48,308 nucleotides of DNA from a virus. The stretch is from IMG/VR virus record IMGVR_UViG_3300048855_000042, positions 1 through 48,308 of that record; one strand, written 5' to 3'. The notes beneath the pieces are model-generated. The model did not search any database and was not told the origin of the DNA. It saw only the letters and a program-made list of their open reading frames with translations. Of the stretch, positions 7,430 through 14,852 are shown in pieces (position 1 is the stretch's first letter; each line of letters starts with the position of its first letter). The position numbers were made by a program, and so were the translations under genes.

Positions 7430-7674
7430 GTGTAACCCCAAAAAATTCGGCCGTGTAACGGTGGGCGGGGTATACTACGTATACACCCCTGCCACCGTTA
7501 CACATACGGCGAGCCATCGTTTCGCTCATATTACGTATCGTTACAAGCGTTACGCTCTACAATAAACCACTGATTATGTTCACCTTTTCGTGCAACGTTC
7601 TTTTCGGCGAGATCGTTACGGATCTTGACGAGACGAGGCCTGCTTATCTCACGCGTAACATTGCGATCGTTACG
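7430..7674. repeat. Cluster of CGTTAC-type iterons at and beyond the 3' end of the primase-helicase gene (candidate origin)
   Basis: Exact CGTTAC at 7496, 7539, 7548, 7614 and 7668 (+) and at 7455-7460 (-). Variants at 7432 and 7655. The 10-mer GATCGTTACG occurs twice (7611-7620, 7665-7674). Confidence 0.6.
7440..7503 (-). terminator. 51-bp imperfect palindrome followed (minus sense) by a T6 run, between convergent genes
   Basis: 7453-7503: GTGTAACGGTGG pairs with CCACCGTTACAC (12 bp), and GGGGT pairs with ACCCC. A6 at 7440-7445 gives U6 on the minus transcript, 7 nt after the stem. Confidence 0.5.
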
Positions 7675-9618
7675 CCGCACGCCGCCCCCTTTCTGGTGTC
7701 CTCTAGCCCTTGAAACCCAACCACTTTGGGCATGCGTCCACCACGTTTCCCAGTCGATGCCTATAGCGTATTTGTCGGCTTCCCGCTCCTCCGCCTCGGC
7801 CTCCACGAGGTCTTCCAAGGCGTCGAAAAGCTGCTGCTCGGCAGGCGTCAGCGACACCTCGAATTCCGCCGACGCGTCGACATGGCTACCAGCCGAACCG
7901 CGCTCCAGGCCCCCCACAACCAACGAGCTCACCGGCTCCCCGCGCGTGTTGGCCCATTCGAGCCGCTCGAACGTCAGCCGCCGACGCCAACCGTCCTCGG
8001 CGCCCTTCATCTTCAAGCACAGCCATTCGCCCGGCAGCGGCGGCCCGCCCTCCTCGGTCTCGCCCTCATCCTTCGACACGATGTGAACGAAATCGGCGTT
8101 GTTCAGGAAGTACACGGACCCGAGCACGTCGCCCGCCTTGTTCTCATGGTGCACGCCGATCACCGCGCCGCCGGTCGCGTTGCCGAGGGCGCCACACCGG
8201 TCCATGAGCTTCGTGACGACGTCGCTGTCGTTCAGCACCGCGCCGGAGGCGGCACGGCCCATCGTATCGACGGCTGAAAGGGTGAAACGTTTGCCGGTCG
8301 CGCGGATCTCGGCGAGGAGCTCCTTGAGGGCCTTGTCGTCCATGAAGGTCATCGCCTCATCCATGATGACGAGGCGGGACGGGTTTTCGGATAGACCGTG
8401 CTTGATCTTGAAGGCGTCCACGCAATAGCGGAACAGGCTCATGCCTTCGCCGCCTGGCGCGACGAGCAGCACGTCGTGCGGGCCTCGGGGGAGCGGCTCG
8501 CCGTGCCAAGATGGGAAACCGTAGGCGAGATGGAGCAGGAGATCGTAGACAAGGAAGGATTTGCGGGCGCCCCACTTGCCGGCGATGAGGCCGACGCCGT
8601 TGTCCTGGATGAAGCCCTTGACCAGCCAAGTCGGCTCCGGACGGGTGATGAACTCGTCGTAGGCGGTGAGATATTTCCGCTTTGGTTTCGGTTTGGCGGT
8701 GGGGTCGGCCTCGAATTCGTCATCCGGGGTGGCTGATAAGGCGCGATCACGTTCGGCCTGGCGCGCGGCGACGATATCCGGATGCGCGTCGCCGAAGCGG
8801 CCCTTGGCGTAACGATAGGCTGAGCGGGTTTCCTTGTCGGTCTCCTCGGCCGTCGCCGGCGGGACGCATTTGGGTGCCCAGAGCTCGCACATCAGGCGAA
8901 CGGCGGCGTCCTCGGAGATGCCGAACGATCGCAGCATGCAGGCACGGACATAAGCGTCATGATGGCGCGCGCCGTGCAGGATGGAAGCTGGCGGGATGGC
9001 GGCCAGGTACCAAGTGGCTTCCTCTTCGGCCTCGATCGTGTCCGGCTCGACGAGGGGCGCCTCGCCCGACCGCTCCCGCGGGATGGCCTCGCCTGCGAGG
9101 TCGATGAGCCATTGCGGCGCGGGCGCGAGCTCTGTGTCGTCTGGCCCGAGGTTTGGCGCCCATGAATAGGGTTTGCCGTCGATGGCCGATGGCGGCGCCA
9201 CGACATAGCCGTGATGGCCGCGCACGTCGACGCAGCGCGCGAGTTTGCCTTGGCTGTTGGGGACGGGTGGGCAGTCCTCAGGCAGACGGAAATAGAGGTG
9301 CCGGCCGCCCGAGGTCGTGCGCGCCGTGATGGTCGGCGGAAGCGGGCTGTGCGCGGCGATCAGCGCGAGGAGGTTTTCCTCGCCGATCGCGCCTTCCTTG
9401 TGGTCGATGTCGACGACGAGCAGCCGGTCCGTGCTGATCGCGAGGTTTTTTCCGTCCTCGAGCCATGACCGGATTTTCGTGGCGTCGGTAGTGGCGACGT
9501 CATAAAAGGCGTCAACGGCGGGCGTCTTGGAATTGCGCTTGAGGGGAAAGATCCGCATTCCGCGTCGAGCGGCCTGAAGCACAACATCTAGGTTGATTAA
9601 GCCGCTCTCTTGTGGCAT
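7531..9618 (-). CDS. Bifunctional prim-pol primase / RecA-type (AAA_25-like) helicase
   Basis: 695 aa. N-terminal prim-pol motifs (LLVVDIDHKEG, SGGRHLYF, DVRGHHGYVVAPPS). Central P-loop GLIAGKWGARKS. Confidence 0.9.
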   Translation of the reverse strand: MPQESGLINLDVVLQAARRGMRIFPLKRNSKTPAVDAFYDVATTDATKIRSWLEDGKNLAISTDRLLVVDIDHKEGAIGEENLLALIAAHSPLPPTITARTTSGGRHLYFRLPEDCPPVPNSQGKLARCVDVRGHHGYVVAPPSAIDGKPYSWAPNLGPDDTELAPAPQWLIDLAGEAIPRERSGEAPLVEPDTIEAEEEATWYLAAIPPASILHGARHHDAYVRACMLRSFGISEDAAVRLMCELWAPKCVPPATAEETDKETRSAYRYAKGRFGDAHPDIVAARQAERDRALSATPDDEFEADPTAKPKPKRKYLTAYDEFITRPEPTWLVKGFIQDNGVGLIAGKWGARKSFLVYDLLLHLAYGFPSWHGEPLPRGPHDVLLVAPGGEGMSLFRYCVDAFKIKHGLSENPSRLVIMDEAMTFMDDKALKELLAEIRATGKRFTLSAVDTMGRAASGAVLNDSDVVTKLMDRCGALGNATGGAVIGVHHENKAGDVLGSVYFLNNADFVHIVSKDEGETEEGGPPLPGEWLCLKMKGAEDGWRRRLTFERLEWANTRGEPVSSLVVGGLERGSAGSHVDASAEFEVSLTPAEQQLFDALEDLVEAEAEEREADKYAIGIDWETWWTHAQSGWVSRARGHQKGGGVRRNDRNVTREISRPRLVKIRNDLAEKNVARKGEHNQWFIVERNACNDT

Positions 9619-9650
9619 ATGACACTAGTCCTTGTGTTGCATCGTTGAGC

Positions 9651-9688
9651 GTAAAAATGGCTCGTCGGGGTGTCCGTCCCGGCGAGCC
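9651..9688 (-). terminator. Intrinsic terminator-like hairpin plus U-run, 33 nt upstream of the primase start codon
   Basis: 9659-9688 GGCTCGTCGGGG/CCCGGCGAGCC forms a 12-bp stem (2 G-U). The minus-sense RNA continues AUUUUUAC (9658-9651). Confidence 0.55.
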
Positions 9689-9730
9689 TTCTGTTTTCCG
9701 CCTGTCGTCGGCGCTTCGCAAGACGAAAAT

Positions 9731-9752
9731 GGCGATAAAGCAGATTTTCAGG
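9731..9752 (-). promoter_or_regulatory. 22-bp intergenic motif copy (CCTGAAAATCTGCTTTATCGCC)
   Basis: Begins 14 nt after stop 9767-9769, oriented with transcription. Confidence 0.6.
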
Positions 9753-9766
9753 GCGAACGGGGGCCG

Positions 9767-10003
9767 CTATGCGCCACCGGGTTTCACCTTACCGAGGAGC
9801 TCCGGCAGCTTGCGGATATTGGAAGCGACGCGGCGGGCCTCGTCTTTCGTGAGCTGCTTTTGCAGATCGCGCCGGATCGGATTGTCGTCGTAATAGATGT
9901 AGGCTATCCCGTGGCCGTTGGCACTCTGGACCTTGTAGCAGGCATCGAGCTCGACGAGTTCCCACGGCGTCTCCAGCCGGTATTTGCTGCCGCTGTCGGT
10001 CAC
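9767..10003 (-). CDS. Conserved alphaproteobacterial-type hypothetical protein, 78 aa
   Basis: ORF-track 9767..10099 trimmed to GTG 10003 (GTGA overlap with the upstream stop). ...GHGIAYIYYDDNPIRRDLQKQLTKDEARRVASNIRKLPELLGK. Confidence 0.65.
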   Translation of the reverse strand: MTDSGSKYRLETPWELVELDACYKVQSANGHGIAYIYYDDNPIRRDLQKQLTKDEARRVASNIRKLPELLGKVKPGGA

Positions 10004-10194
10004 GCGTCGCTTTCCTTCTGGATGGCAGTCGTGTTCAGGAAATCCAGGACGTGATCGCGCAAATCGGGATCGCCATAGACGACGATCTTTCTCGCCCAAT
10101 TGGGGAGGCTGATGCCGTAGCCGACGTAGTCGGCGCCCTCGTCGAGCTCGTCAGGGCCTGAGATGAACGGGCCTGATTTCGTGCTATCCTTCAT
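10000..10194 (-). CDS. Hypothetical acidic 64-aa protein
   Basis: ORF coupled to the next gene by a GTGA overlap. Confidence 0.55.
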   Translation of the reverse strand: MKDSTKSGPFISGPDELDEGADYVGYGISLPNWARKIVVYGDPDLRDHVLDFLNTTAIQKESDA

Positions 10195-10211
10195 GGCTAT
10201 GCCTCGCCTTC

Positions 10212-10607
10212 TCAGCTAATCGTGTCCGGGCCGAACCAACTGCTCGCAAGGGTTCCCATCGCGCCGTGGTCGATGTTGATCATGTAATCACCGTCAAAAT
10301 CCGGTGACCTGTAGAAGCGACTGTCCATGATGAACCAGTCTGACCGCTTGATACGCAGGGTCCTGGAAAGCAGGAACCAGCCGCCATTGATGCTAATGTC
10401 GCCGCCGGAGAATACCCGCGTGGCGTCTCCAACGATGTCGACCGATTTCCGATCGAAAAGGGCTTGCAACCCCTCCCAGTCGTCGTGGACCCCATCCGAC
10501 CAGATCGTCGGCCGCCGCAGGAAGTCGCTGGGTTTTACGAGAATGGCGGCCGATGTGACACTGAGCGTTCCGCGCAGGAACGAGCGCCTCGACAGTTGCT
10601 CAAGCAT
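10212..10607 (-). CDS. Tat-exported 131-aa protein
   Basis: Twin-arginine signal MLEQLSRRSFLRGTLSVTSAAILV. The mature part begins SDGVHDDWEGLQALFD, like the first turn of beta-helix glycanases. Confidence 0.7.
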   Translation of the reverse strand: MLEQLSRRSFLRGTLSVTSAAILVKPSDFLRRPTIWSDGVHDDWEGLQALFDRKSVDIVGDATRVFSGGDISINGGWFLLSRTLRIKRSDWFIMDSRFYRSPDFDGDYMINIDHGAMGTLASSWFGPDTIS

Positions 10608-10851
10608 GCCTCGCCTCTGGTTTGATGACGTTCGGATATGGATCGGCGGCTCTACGGAGCTGACGGTGAATTCCGTGCAGCAAGCCGCAAGGGTGCTTTA
10701 CGAGGAATGGCCGGAGGAGTTCGTCGGATCCGCGCTTTACCGCAATGCGGCGTTGGCCTGTATCGCTGCGGTCGATGGGCACGGGACCGCTGATGAAGCC
10801 CGTGAGGCTTTCGCCGCTGCCGCCCGTGAGGCGGGGATGCTGGAGGAGTGA
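10606..10851 (+). CDS. DUF982-like 81-aa protein, antisense to the surrounding operon
   Basis: C-terminal part of ORF-track 10327..10851, from ATG 10606. WFDDVRIWIGGSTELTVNSVQQAARVLYEEWPEE...EAREAFAAAAREAGML fits the DUF982 pattern as I remember it. Confidence 0.6.
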   Translation: MPRLWFDDVRIWIGGSTELTVNSVQQAARVLYEEWPEEFVGSALYRNAALACIAAVDGHGTADEAREAFAAAAREAGMLEE

Positions 10852-10898
10852 GGTCATGGAGCCCGCCCCGTCAGTCTGACGAGCAACTCGCCGGCTTC

Positions 10899-11078
10899 CT
10901 ACTCAATGATGCCGCGCGCCGCGTGGTGGATCTTTGTATAATCCGGGAAGCCAAGATTGCGAGCGAGGAACAAGCCCCAATCAATCGCGCTGATCTGCTT
11001 TCGCCAGGCCTCACAAGCAGCATCCCACTCGGGTGTGCCATGGTAGAGCTTAACGGGAGGCGTCTTGCTATTCGGCAT
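10899..11078 (-). CDS. Hypothetical 59-aa protein
   Basis: ORF-track 10899..11264 trimmed to ATG 11078, preceded by GGAGGCCAAC. Confidence 0.5.
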   Translation of the reverse strand: MPNSKTPPVKLYHGTPEWDAACEAWRKQISAIDWGLFLARNLGFPDYTKIHHAARGIIE

Positions 11079-11313
11079 GTTGGCCTCCGGAGCCATAGAG
11101 CTTGACCACGACGCGCTGCACCCGCCAGCCATGTCGGCGTGCCCGACGCCAGCATTGGGTTTCGGTCTCATCTTCCCGACGCCAAGCGTTGATGATGTAC
11201 TGCATGGCCTGCCGCCGCGTGCCACCTGCGGAATTGATGTGGATGAAGGGGCGCGGTGAGCCATCTAGGCAGATGGCCGCCCAGCCGTATTCGGGCTTAA
11301 TCCGGTCAGCCAT
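11068..11313 (-). CDS. Hypothetical 81-aa protein
   Basis: ORF-track 11068..11439 trimmed to ATG 11313, preceded by the same GGAGGCCAAC. Confidence 0.55.
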   Translation of the reverse strand: MADRIKPEYGWAAICLDGSPRPFIHINSAGGTRRQAMQYIINAWRREDETETQCWRRARRHGWRVQRVVVKLYGSGGQHAE

Positions 11314-12757
11314 GTTGGCCTCCGCGGGCGCGGATGGCGGCTTCCAAGACCTCGCCGACGCTCTGGCGCGGGACGGTAGGATTGGCACAGAGTGTGTGGG
11401 CCATATCGAGCGCCTTCTCAGCAGCTTCGGCGCGGGCAATAGCGGCAGTCGCGCGATCTTCGTTCTTGGCCGCCAGATCCTTCCATTCCTTGGCCGAGGT
11501 CTTCCAACTATCGCGGTCTTCCGCTACTGCCGCGCGTTCTTGCTCAGCGAAGGCGGAGATGGCGTTTGCAAGTGCGGTTGGATGCCAGCCGCCGCCGTCA
11601 TCAACGCTTTCGATGACCTTGCGCGCCCGCTCGACGAGATCGGCCGCCGGCTCGGGCTTGATCGTGGTCCGGTTCGATACCGTCACAGGCGTGTAGGGGG
11701 CGTGGCCGGATAGCGTCTGCATTGCCATTGCCCGGTTCTCATCGATGTCGCGCAACTGCGCCTTCGTCTCTTCGGACAGTTCCCATTTGGGGTCCGGCTC
11801 GGACTGCGGGGCGACGGGCGGGAGCAGATAGAGCCCCCGCTCTTCATGTTCCCACTGTGGCGAACTCCAGTTCTTCGGGATCCTGCCGTCGCGCCAGCTA
11901 CTCCAAAGTACGCCTTTACCCTTGAGCCGGCTGCGATGCTGCCAAATATCGGGCTCGGGCTGCGGGGCGGGAGGGGTGGCGCGCACCAGCCCGGTGACCA
12001 TATTATCGATTTGGCTGATGACGCCGCTCAAGTCTCCAAGCGCCCGCCATTGCGGGTTCTCCGGGTAAAACTTGGCGGCCATGTGCTCTGCAAGCCGTTG
12101 TGCTTCCTTCAGAGCAGCGGCCACCCCCTCCGGCGCGTGGCCGGGCTGCGGGGCGGGAGGGGCGGCGTAGAGCTTCGTTCCGTCTGGGATGCCGCTTCGC
12201 AGTCCGGCCTCTGTCCAACGCAAGCGGGTTCCGTTTTCCTGGACTTCGGCCACCGGCTCCACCTCCGGCGCGTGGGCGGCGGCGAGCATGGCCTCCCACG
12301 CTCCGATTGCCGTGGCTTCGCTATCTTCGCCGGAACCGCTCGCTCCGGCTTCGATCATCGCTTCGGTCGGCTCAACCGGCACGAGCTTCCATCCCGCTGG
12401 CACCGCGACCGCATCCGTCTTATCGGCTGGCAGGGCGGCGCCGAGGGCCTGCGCTACAGCTGAGGCGACTTTCCTGCAGATCCGATCAGCCGAAGCAGAC
12501 TGCGGGAAGATCAAAGCTTCCACGTTCAGCACGTCCTTGACGGCGGCAGTTGCTGCAGCAAACGCCCGCTCATCGAGCGCCGGATGTCCATCGGGTATGT
12601 GCGTCACGGACACGGACGGGATCGCCGTGCAGTGGGTGCCGAGGCCCGTGGTGATCGTCTTGCCGCAAGCTGTGCAGCCGCTTCGCCCATACGGCTTGCC
12701 TTCGTCCCGCAGGCGGAAGCGACACCGTGCCGGCCGTGGATCAATCGTTGTTCCCAT
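11306..12757 (-). CDS. Hypothetical 483-aa multidomain protein with PPAPQP repeats
   Basis: Long ORF. N-terminal Cys cluster (CRFRL...CTACGKT...HC). Repeated PPAPQP(G/E) encoded by about 20-bp DNA repeats near 11947 and 12143. Confidence 0.75.
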   Translation of the reverse strand: MGTTIDPRPARCRFRLRDEGKPYGRSGCTACGKTITTGLGTHCTAIPSVSVTHIPDGHPALDERAFAAATAAVKDVLNVEALIFPQSASADRICRKVASAVAQALGAALPADKTDAVAVPAGWKLVPVEPTEAMIEAGASGSGEDSEATAIGAWEAMLAAAHAPEVEPVAEVQENGTRLRWTEAGLRSGIPDGTKLYAAPPAPQPGHAPEGVAAALKEAQRLAEHMAAKFYPENPQWRALGDLSGVISQIDNMVTGLVRATPPAPQPEPDIWQHRSRLKGKGVLWSSWRDGRIPKNWSSPQWEHEERGLYLLPPVAPQSEPDPKWELSEETKAQLRDIDENRAMAMQTLSGHAPYTPVTVSNRTTIKPEPAADLVERARKVIESVDDGGGWHPTALANAISAFAEQERAAVAEDRDSWKTSAKEWKDLAAKNEDRATAAIARAEAAEKALDMAHTLCANPTVPRQSVGEVLEAAIRARGGQHG

Positions 12758-12760
12758 CCC

Positions 12761-13279
12761 CTAGCCCTCCGGTTGCGTGTTGCGGATGGCGGCGCGATCG
12801 AGACGCTCAATCTCAGCGACGATCAGGGCGGCGGCCTTGATGAGGTCGCGGCGGCGGGTCGTGGGCTTCCACCACTCTCGCCCCCAAGGCCACAGCTTGA
12901 GAGATGTGACGCGGAGCCAATCGGCGACACCGGCCGATGAAAGGGCATAGCAAGCCGCCGCTATGGCCATCTGGCCGCCGCTATGAACATTGTCATGCTC
13001 CGGCGTCCAGCATTCCTTCTCGATCTGCCGAAGGCGTTCGGCCGCGATCTCGCCGATGGCTGTCCGGCTTTCCCCCGCCCCAGCGGCAAGCCCGCGCTCG
13101 GCGAGGGTGAGCACCAACTCGACTTTGCCGTCCGAGCGCGTTCGCCAACTCCCGGCATTGACACTTCCGCCTTTCTCGTTCTCCACCTCCAGAAAAACAC
13201 ACTCATCCGACGGCCCCGGAAAATCGGTAAAAACGAAACGGAGCTCCGCCCCTATGGGCGCATGGGGTTCATTCTGCAT
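12761..13279 (-). CDS. Hypothetical 172-aa protein
   Basis: ECWTPEHDNVHSGGQMAIAAACYA...LWPWGREWWKP...LIKAAALIVAEIERLDR, a pattern common in phage proteins of unknown function. Confidence 0.75.
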   Translation of the reverse strand: MQNEPHAPIGAELRFVFTDFPGPSDECVFLEVENEKGGSVNAGSWRTRSDGKVELVLTLAERGLAAGAGESRTAIGEIAAERLRQIEKECWTPEHDNVHSGGQMAIAAACYALSSAGVADWLRVTSLKLWPWGREWWKPTTRRRDLIKAAALIVAEIERLDRAAIRNTQPEG

Positions 13280-13460
13280 TGGAATTGTCCTTGTTGCTGG
13301 CCGCCGCGCGCACGGCGCGAGCCACGTCGATCCAGATCAGTTTTGTGCCGTCGGGCAGGCTTTCCCACTCGTCGGCGAGGCGCCGGCGCTCCGGGTAGCG
13401 CGCCTCATAGGCGACGCGGCCGAGCGCCAGGTCGGTGGGCGACGGGTCAGCGACCTCCAT
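13269..13460 (-). CDS. Hypothetical 63-aa protein
   Basis: ORF overlapping the next gene by 11 nt. Confidence 0.5.
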   Translation of the reverse strand: MEVADPSPTDLALGRVAYEARYPERRRLADEWESLPDGTKLIWIDVARAVRAAASNKDNSNAE

Positions 13461-13508
13461 CGTCTGGGCCCTTATCGCGCTCTGCGAGCATGGCGTCGGC
13501 CGCGTCGC

Positions 13509-13712
13509 CTATGAGGCGGCAGCAACGTGCTGCCAGCTCGTCAATTGCACGCTGTCGCCGCTGATCAGACGCGCGAGCGCCTGCCCTGCAAACCAATCGC
13601 GGAGCGAAACACCAGGATAGGTGACCTCGACGTGCGCCTTATTGCCGTCCGAGTGGGTGACTTCTTCATATCGGCTGCTCGGGAAGAATAGCCCACCGTC
13701 ATTGCGTCTCAT
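13509..13712 (-). CDS. Hypothetical 67-aa protein, first gene of the minus-strand accessory operon
   Basis: ORF. SLRDWFAGQALARL motif. Confidence 0.55.
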   Translation of the reverse strand: MRRNDGGLFFPSSRYEEVTHSDGNKAHVEVTYPGVSLRDWFAGQALARLISGDSVQLTSWQHVAAAS

Positions 13713-13824
13713 CGGATTTGTCCTCGTTGTCGTCTGCCAAATCGACTATAGCGTTTTTTCGCTTGACTGCAATAGTCGTTAAAGCATATGGTCACGGCTA
13801 TAGCAGACATGAGGCTTGTTGCCG
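13713..13824. promoter_or_regulatory. Divergent early control region
   Basis: CTTGAC at 13762-13767. Two palindromic CTATAG hexamers (13746-13751, 13798-13803). Inverted CGACTAT (13743-13749) / ATAGTCG (13772-13778). The 12-mer ATAGTCGTTAAA at 13772-13783 is shared with 27214-27225. Confidence 0.6.
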
Positions 13825-14031
13825 ATGACCGACACCCCCGATCAGCCAATCCGTGACGCCATCGAGGCTTTTCGCGAGCGCCACGGCTTGGGGCGGGGCC
13901 GCGCCGGCATGTATCTGGCGAACGACCCTTCTCTGCTTAATCGCCTGGAAAAAGGCCGCGTGATCCGCCCGGATACGGAACGGAAGCTCCGCGAGCAGAT
14001 CAAATTCATGGACAGCTTTCTCCTGAAGTGA
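13825..14031 (+). CDS. Small HTH-like regulator (Cro/Ner-like position), 68 aa
   Basis: ORF-track 13816..14031 (TTG) trimmed to ATG 13825. First gene of the plus-strand early operon. Confidence 0.6.
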   Translation: MTDTPDQPIRDAIEAFRERHGLGRGRAGMYLANDPSLLNRLEKGRVIRPDTERKLREQIKFMDSFLLK

Positions 14032-14852
14032 GGCCCGACATGGGTAAGCGATTAGGGTTGGAGATCCTCGATGAGGCATCTCGCGCCATTGGCGACCGCG
14101 GCCTGAACTACGGCAAGCCGGAAGACAACTTCGCGCGGATCGCGCGGCGTTGGCGCGTGCATTTCAAGAACCGCTACGATCTCGACGTGCCCTGCGACGC
14201 CACGGACGTCGCCATCATGGAGATCGACCTCAAGGTGGCGCGTCTGGAGAACCAGCCGACGCACAGGGACAGCTGGGTCGATATCGCGGGCTACGCCGGA
14301 TGCGGCGCCGAGACGACGATCAAGCCAGCCGAGCAGCCGATCGACCGGGAGCCGATCGACCGGGAGCCGTCGCAGTATTGGCACAATCGTCAGGAAATAA
14401 CAGAAGAGACTATCTCCGCTATCTTTAGCCCGTCTCCGCTAAAATCGGGCGCGCCGCTGCCGGTTCCTCTGAAGATCGGAGATAGCGTTTGCGTGACGAC
14501 CTCAAGGCGCCCAGACCACGTCGGTCGTATCGGTAAGATTGTTGCCTTCAGGGCACCAACAAACCGCCCGTTCAAAGTCGAATTCGATGGGTCGTTCGGG
14601 GCGTTCGGGGCGTTCGGGGCGTTCGGGGCCGCGATGTTCAGCGCTGGCGAGCTCCAGCGGGTCGATGGCGGCGAGACCAATGCAACCCACAGCCTTAAGT
14701 GCGGCGATCGGGTGCGAGTTATAGGCGGCTTGGTGAGCGCCGAATTCACGATCTACAAGATCGACGACAAAGGTCATTTCTACCTGAAGTCGCCGAGCGG
14801 ATATTTGTCGGTGACGCCGTTCCACGCCAACGAGCTGGAGCGCCTCCCGTGA
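14028..14852 (+). CDS. Hypothetical 274-aa protein (DUF6378-like N-terminus) with in-frame tandem repeats
   Basis: GTGA overlap at 14028 (alternative ATG 14040). GDRGLNYGKPEDNFARIARRW...DVAIMEIDLKVARL. Repeats at 14336-14365 and 14593-14628. Confidence 0.75.
   Translation: MRPDMGKRLGLEILDEASRAIGDRGLNYGKPEDNFARIARRWRVHFKNRYDLDVPCDATDVAIMEIDLKVARLENQPTHRDSWVDIAGYAGCGAETTIKPAEQPIDREPIDREPSQYWHNRQEITEETISAIFSPSPLKSGAPLPVPLKIGDSVCVTTSRRPDHVGRIGKIVAFRAPTNRPFKVEFDGSFGAFGAFGAFGAAMFSAGELQRVDGGETNATHSLKCGDRVRVIGGLVSAEFTIYKIDDKGHFYLKSPSGYLSVTPFHANELERLP

Noticed and set aside
10600-10857. Minus-strand 85-aa ORF that would keep the accessory operon collinear, instead of the plus-strand DUF982-like gene.
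   Set aside because: Its translation is Arg/Gly/Pro-rich without motifs, whereas the plus frame gives a coherent DUF982-like sequence. This still needs a profile search.
13743-13751. Resemblance of CGACTATAG and other CTATAG sites (5059, 13798, 18117, 27255) to T7-type RNA polymerase promoters.
   Set aside because: No single-subunit RNA polymerase gene is present. The hexamers sit 17-18 nt after CTTGAC/CTTGCA, like host sigma70 -10 elements.
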